From the NCBI GenBank assembly GCA_963662545.2, contig CAXXLL010000003.1:1376001-1440000 (forward strand): a stretch of 64,000 bases of DNA, in the 5' to 3' direction. Positions within the stretch are counted from its first letter, which is position 1. The number at the start of each line of letters is the position of its first letter. The notes beneath the pieces were generated by a model, which was given only the letters and a program-made list of their open reading frames with translations, did not search any database and was not told the DNA's origin. Source of the stretch: Gammaproteobacteria bacterium. GTDB lineage: Bacteria; Pseudomonadota; Gammaproteobacteria; Ga0077536. The translations under genes and the position numbers were made by a program. This document shows, in pieces, positions 18,430 through 28,923 of the stretch.

Positions 18430-19248
18430 TCAGTCCTCGTGCGCGATGCGCTTGATGATATAGCCGCCGGACCGTTCGTCGAGTTCCAGATCGAGCCGGC
18501 CTCTGGCCTGTGCTTCTTCCAGTAACTTGTTGAAGGAGCGAACGCCGTAGGCACTTTCAGTGAATTCCGGACGACGCCTTTTCAAAGCCTGTTTGATCAT
18601 CGAACCCCATAGGGTTTCCTTGCCGCCGCGTTCATTTTGCAGGGCATCGGCGGTTTCGATTACAAGATCGATGACCGCCTCCAGCGGATCGTCCTTTTTC
18701 GGGGTGGCCTTACCGGGCGTCGATTTCTTCCTGACCGGGGCTCGTCGATGGGCCTTTCTCGCCATTTCTTCCTGGCGAACGAGATCGTCGTAGAAAATGA
18801 ACTCGTCGCAATTACTAATCAGTAGATCCGAGGTGGAACTTTTCACCCCCACGCCGATAACTGTTTTCGCATTTTCGCGAAGTTTGCTCACCAGCGGTGA
18901 AAAATCCGAATCGCCGCTGATGATCACAAATGTATCGACGTGCGATTTTGTATAACAAAGATCCAGCGCATCGACCACCATCCGGATGTCGGCGGAATTC
19001 TTGCCGGACTGCCGCACGTGCGGAATCTCGATCAGTTCAAACGCCGCTTCGTGCATCTGGGCGCGAAAAGTCTTGTACCGATCCCAGTCGCAATAGGCCT
19101 TCTTGACGACGATGCTGCCTTTCACCAGGAGGCGTTCCAGCACCGGCTTGATATCGAATTTCGCGTATTCCGCGTCGCGCACACCGAGCGCGATATTCTC
19201 GAAATCACAGAATAAGGCGAGATTCTGATTGTCGCTTTCACCTGCCAT
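18430..19248 (-). CDS. NYN/LabA-DUF88 PIN-like domain protein with C-terminal OST-HTH
   Basis: DFENI, GKNSADIRMVVDA, SGDSDFSPL; FTESAYGVRSFNKLL. Confidence 0.9.
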   Translation of the reverse strand: MAGESDNQNLALFCDFENIALGVRDAEYAKFDIKPVLERLLVKGSIVVKKAYCDWDRYKTFRAQMHEAAFELIEIPHVRQSGKNSADIRMVVDALDLCYTKSHVDTFVIISGDSDFSPLVSKLRENAKTVIGVGVKSSTSDLLISNCDEFIFYDDLVRQEEMARKAHRRAPVRKKSTPGKATPKKDDPLEAVIDLVIETADALQNERGGKETLWGSMIKQALKRRRPEFTESAYGVRSFNKLLEEAQARGRLDLELDERSGGYIIKRIAHED

Positions 19249-19535
19249 CGGTAGTGCTCCTCGTTCTTGCACCGGCGCACGAAGTGCCGGACGCAGCATC
19301 GTTCACCCCGCGTGTTTTCACTTCGCAATCAACACGGGATGTCGTCGAGAGTATAAAGGTTCGGGCTGACTATGCGGCCAGTTTCGATCGCGTCGACGTC
19401 GCCTGGCGGACCACGGCGTCGAATTTTGGGGAAAGTTTCAATGCCAATACCCACCAGGATTTGATATAAGCTGGTGCGAGTCCGGGCCGCCGCTGGGGGG
19501 CAGCAGCCACTAGCAGCACCGAAGGTTGACCGTCG

Positions 19536-19895
19536 ATGGAGCACCACAGGATAGTACTGCCCGAGTACCTCAACGATCAGGGAAATCTGTTCGGCGGCTA
19601 CCTGTTGAAGTGGATCGACGAATTCGCCTACATCACGGTGAACATCGAGTTTCCGAATCACCAGTTCGTAACCATTGCGATGGACAACGTCGAATTCAAG
19701 CACCCGATCAAATGTGGACAGATACTGCGTTTCTTAGTCGAGCAGTCCCGATTGGGAACCAGCTCCGTCGAATACGACGTAGGCGTCTATGGCGAGCGAC
19801 GTATCGCTGAGCACGACAAGCTTTTATTCGCGACGCGAATCTCGTTCGTGAACATTGCCGAATCCGGAGAGAACGCACCCATTCGGGCGGATTGA
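19536..19895 (+). CDS. Acyl-CoA thioesterase (YciA-like)
   Basis: LNDQGNLFGGYLLKWIDE motif. Confidence 0.85.
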   Translation: MEHHRIVLPEYLNDQGNLFGGYLLKWIDEFAYITVNIEFPNHQFVTIAMDNVEFKHPIKCGQILRFLVEQSRLGTSSVEYDVGVYGERRIAEHDKLLFATRISFVNIAESGENAPIRAD

Positions 19896-20058
19896 ACGGC
19901 CAGCCCGCTTAGAAACACGGTTAACCGAGTCAGCATATCGGCGCGACGAGGTCGAACCAAGCCCTCGTTGCTACTCATCATGCGGCTCAAGTGAATCGAT
20001 TTTCGGGCCGACATCCTCGCATGTTCTGCGCACCCGCCGATCCATCGTTTGTCCGGCA

Positions 20059-21432
20059 ATGAACAGCTCGGCCGCGGCGGATCAAATACCGGTTCCAACC
20101 GGGGCGATTCAAACCGCCGTACCCGTCCTCGGTCATACCGTCGAACGTCTGGAAAATCTCAGATACCGGCCGTCGACTTCGATGGCGCACCTAATCCAAC
20201 TTGCCGAATCGGATCCCTCGCTGACGCTCAACCTATTTCTCACCGCCAACGAGCATCTCCAACCGGCGAATCGCCCACCGGCCGCACTGATCCAGCATGC
20301 CATCCTGGTACTTGGCGTCGCGGCGTTCAACAAGCGTTTCACAGCGCTGCCGCGACTCGAAGCGTTCAGCGAGGGCGATGAAACCCAAGTCTTGGTCGAG
20401 ATTCTTGCACGCGGCCACCACGCCGCCCGTCAGGCGCGGGCGCTGGCGGAACTTGCACCGTCAATCAGCAACGGTGAAGTCATGGCGGCCACTCTGGCCG
20501 AGCACGCGACCGAATATCTGAACGTCCTCGGGGAGCGGTCCATTCGGGGTTTCGCGCGTCCCGATCATGATCGCGTATTGGCATTGCTACCGCCGCTGGT
20601 GCGGGTCGACGGTGCCGAATCGACGGCCCGTAAATGCATGGCTTACGGCGCCCGCGTGGCGCATGCGGTTTCCGAGTGCTGGGACGAGGAGCGTTTGGCG
20701 CCGCTCTACGAGGACATCGCGGCCTGGTTTGCACGCGAACCCGCTACGATCGAACGGATCATCAAGCGGACGGCCGTCATCACCGCGCGTGAAGCGATGC
20801 ATTTTCACCGCCGTCCCGCCGCCATACACCTGATGTCATCGGGACCCCCACCGCACGCGGCCAAGCCCTCGATCAAGCTGGCGCATCCGGTAAAAAAACC
20901 ACGTGCCCACGGTGCCCGCGTCGAAGAGGTCTTAAATAAGCTTGCCGTCGCAATCAAATGCAGCCGCTCGAGCAGGGAGGTGCTAAGCCTCGCGTTGCAG
21001 TCGATCTGCCGTTGTACGGGTTACCGGCTGGGAGCCCTGTTGGTCCGCGACAAACGCACGGGCGCCCTCGTGTTGCCTATCAACGAAGGCGCCGGGCTCC
21101 CCGCAGCCTATGTCGATATGCGGCTCTCGCCGGCCGACAATCCCCTGCTCGCTAAGCTACTGCGTAAAGAGGCTGCGCTCGAATTGGATGGCGCCGCGGA
21201 TCCGCGGTTTGCCGGTATGCTCGAAGCAAAGCTCACACGACTGATCGGAAGCCACAAGGCTTGCCTGTACTCGGTATTTGTCGGCAACAAGGCGCTCGGT
21301 ATCGTGATGGCCTGCCGGCGTTCCGAGAAGATTCAGTCGTACGACACGAGCTTTGCAACATTCAAACAGATCTGCCGTATGACGGGACGAGTGCTGGAGG
21401 ACCTTCGCCAGTCGTCGCGGGCGTCGGCTTAG
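20059..21432 (+). CDS. Degenerate HDOD-like plus GAF-like signalling protein
   Basis: ESDPSLTLNL...AN and HAILVLG; C-terminal GAF-like segment (SVFVGNKALGIVMA); start uncertain. Confidence 0.5.
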   Translation: MNSSAAADQIPVPTGAIQTAVPVLGHTVERLENLRYRPSTSMAHLIQLAESDPSLTLNLFLTANEHLQPANRPPAALIQHAILVLGVAAFNKRFTALPRLEAFSEGDETQVLVEILARGHHAARQARALAELAPSISNGEVMAATLAEHATEYLNVLGERSIRGFARPDHDRVLALLPPLVRVDGAESTARKCMAYGARVAHAVSECWDEERLAPLYEDIAAWFAREPATIERIIKRTAVITAREAMHFHRRPAAIHLMSSGPPPHAAKPSIKLAHPVKKPRAHGARVEEVLNKLAVAIKCSRSSREVLSLALQSICRCTGYRLGALLVRDKRTGALVLPINEGAGLPAAYVDMRLSPADNPLLAKLLRKEAALELDGAADPRFAGMLEAKLTRLIGSHKACLYSVFVGNKALGIVMACRRSEKIQSYDTSFATFKQICRMTGRVLEDLRQSSRASA

Positions 21433-21571
21433 TGCCGTCGGGCAAGGTCGGATCGCTAGAGGTGTCCCGCTCCACGAGCCGCGGGCTCCGAATCGATTCT
21501 CACTATGTGGATCCGTGCGCCGGGCGTTCGTTGTAGACTAATCCGCTGCCGCCATTGCATGGGGGGGTGCA

Positions 21572-22444
21572 ATGTATCCGGAGCCGATCGAGAATTTCTA
21601 CGCGCCAACGGCCTTGTCGGAAGCACTCGACCTGCTCGCTAAACACTCGAACGAAGCGAGACTCATTGCCGGCGGCCAGAGCCTGGTACCGCAGATGAGA
21701 GCGCGCGAGGTAAAGCCCCGGACCTTGATCGACCTCAACCGGATCACGGATTTCACCGCGATCGAAATCAACGGGGACCGGCTGCGCATCGGCGCTCTCG
21801 TGAGACATCGCGCAGTGGCGTCGGATGCTTCCCTTCACGCAAACTGCGCGGCCTTCGCGGAAGCCGCCCGTGCGATCGGCGATCGGCAGATTCGAAACCG
21901 GGGCACCCTCGTCGGCAATATCGTCAATGCCGATCACACAGCCGACATGCTGGGCCCTGCCATCGCTTTCGATGCCCGGCTCGGGATCGTGGGCGGCGCC
22001 AGCGGAATGCGCTCGGCAGCGGTAGAGTCCTTTGTGACCGGGCCGCGCGCATGCGGATTGGCCGCCGATGAAATCGTTTCGTTCATTGATATTCCCCTGT
22101 CCCGACACCGCACCGGCAGCTGCTATTTGAAACACGGGCGGGTGGCCCAGGACCGTGCAACACTCGGCGTGGCGGCGCGCATCATAATCGACGCCAACGG
22201 CGGGTGCATAGACGCCCGCGTGGTCGTGACCGGAGTCCTGCCCAAACCCGTTCGCCTCGGTGAATTGGAGGCTGCGCTTCTCGGCAAGACCGCCGGCCGG
22301 ATGGACCTCATCAACCCCAGCGACCTTACTGCTAGTCACGTGGCAACGCAAAGCGACGAGCTCGCGTCGTCCGCCTATCGCACGCAGTTGCTCCGGGTCA
22401 TGACGCCGGACGCCATCGCGTACGCCTTTCGGCGAGCGGGGTAA
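21572..22444 (+). CDS. Molybdenum hydroxylase FAD-binding (medium) subunit
   Basis: IAGGQSLVP; IGDRQIRNRGTLVGN. Confidence 0.9.
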   Translation: MYPEPIENFYAPTALSEALDLLAKHSNEARLIAGGQSLVPQMRAREVKPRTLIDLNRITDFTAIEINGDRLRIGALVRHRAVASDASLHANCAAFAEAARAIGDRQIRNRGTLVGNIVNADHTADMLGPAIAFDARLGIVGGASGMRSAAVESFVTGPRACGLAADEIVSFIDIPLSRHRTGSCYLKHGRVAQDRATLGVAARIIIDANGGCIDARVVVTGVLPKPVRLGELEAALLGKTAGRMDLINPSDLTASHVATQSDELASSAYRTQLLRVMTPDAIAYAFRRAG

Positions 22445-22448
22445 GGGC

Positions 22449-22961
22449 GTGAAACGCGAGATCGGCATCACCATCAACGGAGAAAGAATCGAGGCATTCG
22501 TCGAGCACCGCCTGTTACTCGTCGATTTCATACGAGAGGTCGCCGGCGCCACCGGTACGCATGTCGGCTGCGGATTCGAGGGTCGCTGCGGAGCGTGCAC
22601 CGTGCTCGTCGACGGCGCGGCGTGCAAGTCCTGCCTCATGTTCGCCGTACAGGCCGAGGGCACCGACATCACGACGATAGAAGGCCTCGCACGGGGCGAT
22701 ACCCTGCATCCCCTGCAGCAGGCTTTCACGGACCGCCATGGTTTGCAGTGCGGGTATTGCACGCCAGGTTTTCTTATAACGCTATACGACTATCTAAAGG
22801 ATCCCGAATGTGATGCATCGGCGGAGGGTATCCGCGAAGCGATCGGCGGCGTGCTGTGCCGCTGCACCGGATACGTTCACATCATCGAGGCGGCGCAGCA
22901 GGCGATCGAGGTGCTCGCGCAAATGGACGGCGCCGAACGGGCAAAGTGGTTTCCTAAATAG
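22449..22961 (+). CDS. Molybdenum hydroxylase 2Fe-2S (small) subunit
   Basis: GCGFEGRCGACTV, QCGYCTPG, LCRCTGY. Confidence 0.93.
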   Translation: MKREIGITINGERIEAFVEHRLLLVDFIREVAGATGTHVGCGFEGRCGACTVLVDGAACKSCLMFAVQAEGTDITTIEGLARGDTLHPLQQAFTDRHGLQCGYCTPGFLITLYDYLKDPECDASAEGIREAIGGVLCRCTGYVHIIEAAQQAIEVLAQMDGAERAKWFPK

Positions 22962-22964
22962 GCA

Positions 22965-25328
22965 ATGAATACGCAAGAACAGACTTGGGTCGGCCGCTCG
23001 ATCAGGCGCAAGGAAGATCATCGGCTGCTGATCGGCGACGGCCGTTACGTCGCCGACATGACGCTCCCGCGTATGCTCATCGCTGCATTCGTGCGCAGCC
23101 CACACGCGAATGCCCGGATCATCCACATCGATGCATCCCGGGCGCTGACCATGGCGGGGATCACCGAGGTCAAAACCGGTAAAGACCTCGAGCACCTAGG
23201 ACCTGTACTGAGCGATCTTTCGATTCCGCGTCTTCCGGGGGAGACCAAGCGTCCCGTTTTCTGGCCACTCCCGGTGAATGAGGTGACCTACGTGGGCGAT
23301 TTGGTGGCGGTCGTTATCGGTCGGGACAAGTATGTCGTCGAAGACGCCGTCCATGCCGTTGCGGTGGAATACGACGTTCGTGAGGCGGTCCTCGATCCGG
23401 AAATCGCGCTGCTGCCCGATTCACCGCGCGTATATTCAGATTGGGACGATAACGTCGTTTATCACCAACATTTTTCGGGCGGCGACATCGAGCAGGCCTT
23501 CGCTAGCGCCGACCTCGTCGTGTCCCAGAGATTCCGCAGCGCACGCAGCGGGGCTTCGCCGATGGAGCCGCGCGCATCCATTGCCGAGTACAGCGCCGCC
23601 GAAGGTTTGACGGTGTGGCTCACGACGCAGCGCTCCCACATCAAACGTCACCTGCTGGCCGAATACTTCAAGATTCCCGACAGCAAGATCCGGGTGATTG
23701 CGCCCAAGGACGTCGGCGGGGGCTTCGGCGTAAAGGCGCCACTCTACCGCGAAGACATTGTGCTGTGTCATCTATCGATGTGCCTCAAGCGACCCGTAAA
23801 GTGGGTCGAGAACCGCCAGGAAAATCTGGTCAACATCGGCCAGGAACGCGATCAGATCCACGACATCGAGCTGGCGCTGAGGAAGGACGGCAAGATCCTC
23901 GGCATCCGTGATCGCATGGTGGCCGATTGCGGTTCGGCCCAGGTACCGATCTACGTCTCCTTTTCCATGCCGTGGCTGGGCGCGATGTACCTGACCAATG
24001 GTTACGACATCCCCAACATCGACATCGATCTCTACTGCGTGGTCACCCACAAGCCCGGGCTTACCCCGAGCCGATCCTTCGGATCGTTCACCTGCCGCTT
24101 CGCGATCGATCGCATCGTCGATATCGCCGCGCGACGCTTGAAGATCGATCCGGTGGAGATCCGTCGGAAGAACGCGATTAAGAAATACCCGCATACCCTT
24201 GCCACCGGCGTCCATTGCGATTCCGGTGATTTCCCCGGAGCCCTGGACAAAGCCTGCCACGCGATCGACTACGAACGCTTTCGCAAAGAACAACAGGCCG
24301 CGCGCGGCGAGGGCCGCTATCTAGGCATCGGGTTCAGTCTCGGCATCGAGTTCTCCGGCTTATCGTCGCAGATCCTGGTGCCGATGGAGCGGCAGCCCGG
24401 ATTCGGTGTCGCCACGGTGCGATTCGACGCCAACGGCAACGTGCAGGTCGCTCACGGCGACCAGCCGCAAGGCCAGGGTCATGACACAACCATCGCACAG
24501 GTCGTCGCCGATGAGCTCGGACTGACGCCGGACGACATCTACGTCATTTCCGGTGATACGCAGTCCGCTCCATTTGCAGCCGGAACCCTGGCGTCACGAA
24601 TGGGCGGCTATACCTTGAGCGCGGCGGTGCTGGCGGCACGCGGCCTCAGGCCCAAGCTGGCCGCGATAGCAGCGCATCATCTAGGTATTTCGGCCGGTGA
24701 GGACGAATTCGTTTTCCGTGATGGTGAGGTGATGCTGGCGGCTGATCCAACGCAGCGTGTCGCCGTCGCCCGCATCGCGGAAACGGCGATGCTTGCGCCG
24801 ACGGAGCTACCGCCCGGCATGGACGGCGGACTCGAGAACACCGCGCACTTCGAGGCCGACACGACCGGTATGCACAGCACCAACGTCCACGTCGTCACCG
24901 TCGAGGTATTTCCGAACACGGGGGACTGCCAAATCCTGCGCTACATCGCCGTCGATGACTGCGGCCGTCCCGTCAATCCAACCATGGTACGCGGCCAGAT
25001 CCATGGCGGGGTCGCACTCGGCATCGGCAACGCCTGTCAGGAGGAGTTCGTCTACGACGAAGCGGGAAACCCACTGGTGACCACCTTGACCGATTACCTG
25101 ATGGTGTCCGCACGCGACCTGCCGCATATCGAGGTGATCAATCACGACAACCCGTCGCCGCATACGCCACTGGGAACGAAAGGCAAGGGCGAAGGTCCGA
25201 CGGGCATGGTGCCCGGCGCTCTCGGCAACGCCATTGAGGATGCGCTCAGTCCTTTCGGCGTCACGATTGCGGAACTTCCCATGACTAAAGAACGGATCTG
25301 GACGCTCATCGATGAAGCGTCGCGCTGA
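22965..25328 (+). CDS. Xanthine dehydrogenase-family molybdopterin (large) subunit
   Basis: RKEDHRLL, VGGGFGVK, QGQGH, GQIHGG, GTKGKGEG; the active-site loop PSRSFG is not CODH-type. Confidence 0.92.
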   Translation: MNTQEQTWVGRSIRRKEDHRLLIGDGRYVADMTLPRMLIAAFVRSPHANARIIHIDASRALTMAGITEVKTGKDLEHLGPVLSDLSIPRLPGETKRPVFWPLPVNEVTYVGDLVAVVIGRDKYVVEDAVHAVAVEYDVREAVLDPEIALLPDSPRVYSDWDDNVVYHQHFSGGDIEQAFASADLVVSQRFRSARSGASPMEPRASIAEYSAAEGLTVWLTTQRSHIKRHLLAEYFKIPDSKIRVIAPKDVGGGFGVKAPLYREDIVLCHLSMCLKRPVKWVENRQENLVNIGQERDQIHDIELALRKDGKILGIRDRMVADCGSAQVPIYVSFSMPWLGAMYLTNGYDIPNIDIDLYCVVTHKPGLTPSRSFGSFTCRFAIDRIVDIAARRLKIDPVEIRRKNAIKKYPHTLATGVHCDSGDFPGALDKACHAIDYERFRKEQQAARGEGRYLGIGFSLGIEFSGLSSQILVPMERQPGFGVATVRFDANGNVQVAHGDQPQGQGHDTTIAQVVADELGLTPDDIYVISGDTQSAPFAAGTLASRMGGYTLSAAVLAARGLRPKLAAIAAHHLGISAGEDEFVFRDGEVMLAADPTQRVAVARIAETAMLAPTELPPGMDGGLENTAHFEADTTGMHSTNVHVVTVEVFPNTGDCQILRYIAVDDCGRPVNPTMVRGQIHGGVALGIGNACQEEFVYDEAGNPLVTTLTDYLMVSARDLPHIEVINHDNPSPHTPLGTKGKGEGPTGMVPGALGNAIEDALSPFGVTIAELPMTKERIWTLIDEASR

Positions 25329-25361
25329 TTCGTTGAATTAAACGTAGAAACGGAGGGCACT

Positions 25362-26354
25362 ATGCCGAGAATCGTACGCTTTCATCAGACCGGCGCGGCC
25401 GAGGTCCTGCAACTGGATGACCTGCCGATGCCGGACGCTGCCGAGGGTGAGGTGGTGTTGAACGTCGAGGCATTCGGTTTGAATCGCGCGGAAATCATGT
25501 TTCGTCGCGGCGAATATCCGCAGTATGCGCCCGAGTTACCCTCGACCATTGGATACGAAGCGGCGGGGACGGTGGCCGCCGTGGGTGCCGGCGTAACGGC
25601 GTTCAAAGTCGGTGACCGTATCAGCACCATTCCATCGTTCAAAATGGGCCGCTACTGGAGCTACGGCGAGGTTGCTCGCGTGCCGGTGCACGCCGCGGCC
25701 TCTTATCCGAAATGCCTGTCAGTGATCGAAGCGAGCGCGATCTGGATGCCTTACATGACAACCTACGGCGCACTGATCGAATACGGCAGGCTTGCCGCGG
25801 GCGAACATATCGTTATCACGGCCGCGAGCAGCAGTGTCGGCATTGCCGCCATACAGATGGCCAGAAGCTTGGGCGCCGTTCCCATTGCGGTCACGCGCGG
25901 CTCAGACAAGCGCGATTTCATCGTTGCCCAGCGACCCGCGCACGTCATCGTTAGCTCCGAGGAAGACGTCGCAGATCGGATCCTGGAGATCACGCACGGC
26001 AGGGGTGCGGAAATGATTTTCGATCCGGTGTCGGGGCCGCAGGTGGCGGAACTTTGCCGCGCGATTGCTTACCAGGGACGTATATTCGTCTACGGCCGTC
26101 TCGATGCGGAGACGACGCCTTTCCCCGTCGGGCTCGGTCTCGCCAAAGGATTGACGATGCGCGGATATTCGTTGTTCGAGGTAGTCAATTTTCCACCGGT
26201 CTTCGAGCGTGCGAAACGACACGTCTTCGACGGCCTCGAACGCGGTGATTATCACCCCGTAATCGACTCCACGTTTTCCCTCGAAGAGGTCGTCGAAGCC
26301 CATCGCCACATGGCGTCCAATACCCAAAAGGGCAAGATCGTCGTCACCGTGTAA
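25362..26354 (+). CDS. MDR-family (quinone) oxidoreductase
   Basis: GLNRAE, GYEAAG, ITAASSSVG, GKIVV. Confidence 0.9.
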   Translation: MPRIVRFHQTGAAEVLQLDDLPMPDAAEGEVVLNVEAFGLNRAEIMFRRGEYPQYAPELPSTIGYEAAGTVAAVGAGVTAFKVGDRISTIPSFKMGRYWSYGEVARVPVHAAASYPKCLSVIEASAIWMPYMTTYGALIEYGRLAAGEHIVITAASSSVGIAAIQMARSLGAVPIAVTRGSDKRDFIVAQRPAHVIVSSEEDVADRILEITHGRGAEMIFDPVSGPQVAELCRAIAYQGRIFVYGRLDAETTPFPVGLGLAKGLTMRGYSLFEVVNFPPVFERAKRHVFDGLERGDYHPVIDSTFSLEEVVEAHRHMASNTQKGKIVVTV

Positions 26355-26512
26355 GCCCCGGCGATCCGTTCACCGGTGTGATCGACCACACCGGCGTGAC
26401 GTATGGCAGGCGCGCGTCAAGACTGTCGTCACCTGCACGCGCGAGGAGCAACAACAATGAGAGCGGCAGAGTTCGTCTAGCGCGGCCGGATCGCCGCCTC
26501 CGTTAAGAGGCG

Positions 26513-28831
26513 CTACGCCGTCGAGCCTTTCACGCGCCAGGTATAACTGTCCTTCATCGCCGGCGCCGGTTCTTTCGAGATGGGGAATGGCGTCGGATCG
26601 GCGAAACGATCGAGGACGTTCTTGGTAATCCGCGAGACGTTGTTGTCGTGATTGTTCCACGGCAAGCTGCCTACCCAGGCCATTGATGAGACGGAGAACA
26701 CCGCGCCGCCGTTCGGCGTCTCGTAGAAACACAGATCGCCGCGGACGAATTCATTTTCCTGGCCGCCGCTGCCGGGTGTGTTGAACAGCAGATCCTCAAC
26801 CACGACGAGATAGGTATCCGTGTGGTTCTCCGAGGAGGCCAGGCACAGCGCGTGGGGCGGCGTGCCGAACTCGCGTTCGACCCGATCCACTTCCAGACCG
26901 GCGGCGCCGCCGCCGATCAGACCAAAATCGCCGATCAACTCGTCCTTTTCGATGCCCTCGAAAACGAACTCGGCGCGCGTATTGAAGCTATCGGGGTTGC
27001 GCCGGTAATAAGTCGATATGTCGAAGCCTTCCGCCGAGAAGCCGACGCCGGCCATAACGTTCGGGCCGGAGCGTCCCTGGCGCCGCCACAGACCACTGTA
27101 TTCGCCCGTGAATCCCGTGTAGTACTCACCGCTCTTCGGCGCCCAGGCGCGGCTGCCGCCTTCCGCCCTGCGGATCTCGATGACGCCCGGCTTGCTGTTG
27201 TGATAGGAAACGCGCCAGTAGAACCCGTTGCCGCCCATGTACATGAGACGTCCGCCCTGGTGGGTGTAGTCGAACACGGCCTCGAACATGTTCTTCGAAT
27301 AGTATTCGGGATGCGACCCGGTGAGGATGACGTGATAAGGCTTGAGCACATCCGTGCCGCCGTAATGCACGTCTTCGTCGGTGATGACGTCGAAATCGTA
27401 AGCCATGGCCTCGAGCCACACCGTCAAGTGGGTGTCGGCGTTGAACTGCCACAGCTGCGAGCCGTCACCGCCCAGCATGGTCTGGATCTTCGGCCGCATG
27501 TTGAGTACGGGCCGCAGGCGCGAGGAAATGTGAACCCCCGTGCCGTCCGCATGGCGGTCGTATAAGGAATGGCCGTATTCGCGGTGTTCGTTTAAGAAGA
27601 TATGGTGCTTGTCGAGCTCGACGTTGCGGTGCGTCATGATCTCGGCCACCCAGGGATCGGTCGCGAAGTGCTCGTTGGCGTATGCCTTGTAGCTCGTGAT
27701 CGGGAAAATAAAGCAGATCTTCTTTTCCTTGCCGGGCTTCGGCCTGACGACGAAGGGCATGTATTCCTCGTCGTTGCCCGCACGAACGCGCGCCGCGTAA
27801 AGACCGCTCTTCATGGAGGCAGGGATCTTGAGCTTGAAATCGATGTCCCATCCGGCGTCGTAGACATCGTCCTCGTGAAACTTGATGGCCCCGTACTGCT
27901 CGCGCGCGTGAATCCAGCGCTGTTCTTCTCCCGTCCAGTTGTAGCCCGTCACGCCGCGGGTTGGCAAATGGACGACCTGGCCATTGAGACGGTGGCTCGA
28001 GATATCTGTGATCGTATCCTCAGAGATGTCGATCGAGAAATCCCAGGCGGCGATCATGCGGTTTTTCAGCGTCGTCGGCGCCTTGCGTGACAGGATCATT
28101 TCCATTTCGACGCGGCTCAACACGCCCTCGACGATCGCTGGGCTGTCGAGTTTGCCGTTGAAGTAGGCGCTGCCGATCGCGACGTCACCGCGCGGGGTTG
28201 GGGCCTCGTAGAAGGCCGCCATCATGAGCGGCGCCTTGTTCTTGGCCGGCTTGAACGCGACCTTGCCCTGCGCGACGCCCTGGTCGTCGATGGTGGGGTA
28301 CTCCACCATCGGTTCCTGGTAGACAGTGACCTTCTTCGAACGGGCGTTGAAACTCGCGGCGGCGAAATACCATTCGTACTCGACCATCGGTTTACCGACC
28401 GCGACTGTGTCGACCTTGCCCTTGCCGTCGCCTACGACGAAAGCAATGCCGCCGGACTCGTCAATGACCAGGGCCCAGCCACGCTTGTCCGCGTTCGAGA
28501 ATTTTGACACCAGCGCCTGCATGCCCTTGCGCGGCGTCGAAGGCCACACCATCACCTGCACCGTGAAATTACCCAGAGATTCAAGCGGTCCGGAGCTTGG
28601 GACCATGGCGTAGGAGCCGGCGTGGATCGTCTGTTTGCGACCGCGGTAGGTACCGCTGGCCGGCGTGTCGATGACCTCTTCGATGATGCCGGGACCTTGC
28701 GGGTTCAGGTCACCGGAAATGACGCGGATGATGTCCGCCTGGTATTCAAAATGCTCGCAATTGACCATGAAACTGATCGTATCGCCAGGTTTGACACTGA
28801 TCTCATCGCTGTATCCGGTTATTTTTAGCAT
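26513..28831 (-). CDS. dmfA2: N,N-dimethylformamidase large (beta) subunit-like protein
   Basis: YKAYAN, SLYDRHADG, SRLRP, GSHPEYYS, MGGNGFYW, GEYSGLWR, GGAAGLEVDR. Confidence 0.88.
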   Translation of the reverse strand: MLKITGYSDEISVKPGDTISFMVNCEHFEYQADIIRVISGDLNPQGPGIIEEVIDTPASGTYRGRKQTIHAGSYAMVPSSGPLESLGNFTVQVMVWPSTPRKGMQALVSKFSNADKRGWALVIDESGGIAFVVGDGKGKVDTVAVGKPMVEYEWYFAAASFNARSKKVTVYQEPMVEYPTIDDQGVAQGKVAFKPAKNKAPLMMAAFYEAPTPRGDVAIGSAYFNGKLDSPAIVEGVLSRVEMEMILSRKAPTTLKNRMIAAWDFSIDISEDTITDISSHRLNGQVVHLPTRGVTGYNWTGEEQRWIHAREQYGAIKFHEDDVYDAGWDIDFKLKIPASMKSGLYAARVRAGNDEEYMPFVVRPKPGKEKKICFIFPITSYKAYANEHFATDPWVAEIMTHRNVELDKHHIFLNEHREYGHSLYDRHADGTGVHISSRLRPVLNMRPKIQTMLGGDGSQLWQFNADTHLTVWLEAMAYDFDVITDEDVHYGGTDVLKPYHVILTGSHPEYYSKNMFEAVFDYTHQGGRLMYMGGNGFYWRVSYHNSKPGVIEIRRAEGGSRAWAPKSGEYYTGFTGEYSGLWRRQGRSGPNVMAGVGFSAEGFDISTYYRRNPDSFNTRAEFVFEGIEKDELIGDFGLIGGGAAGLEVDRVEREFGTPPHALCLASSENHTDTYLVVVEDLLFNTPGSGGQENEFVRGDLCFYETPNGGAVFSVSSMAWVGSLPWNNHDNNVSRITKNVLDRFADPTPFPISKEPAPAMKDSYTWRVKGSTA

Positions 28832-28923
28832 TGTCCCCTCTCCCCATGTTCCTCCAGTGCCTTACGATTTGCTTGCGCGTTGCGCCCCGCTGAGCGTTCA
28901 TGCCATGCCGCATCCGCCGTTTA

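Noticed and set aside
18430-19248. NYN protein as a toxin or defence system
   Set aside because: A common LabA/DUF88-OST-HTH architecture with no antitoxin or defence neighbours
6441-21600. Long antisense ORFs over the cytochrome, act and neighbouring genes (e.g. 6441-7199, 10505-11443, 13169-13828)
   Set aside because: Shadow ORFs typical of high-GC DNA, lying opposite well-supported genes
21572-25328. Aerobic CO dehydrogenase (coxMSL)
   Set aside because: The large subunit lacks AYxCSFR and AYRGAGR, and no coxDEFG accessory genes are nearby
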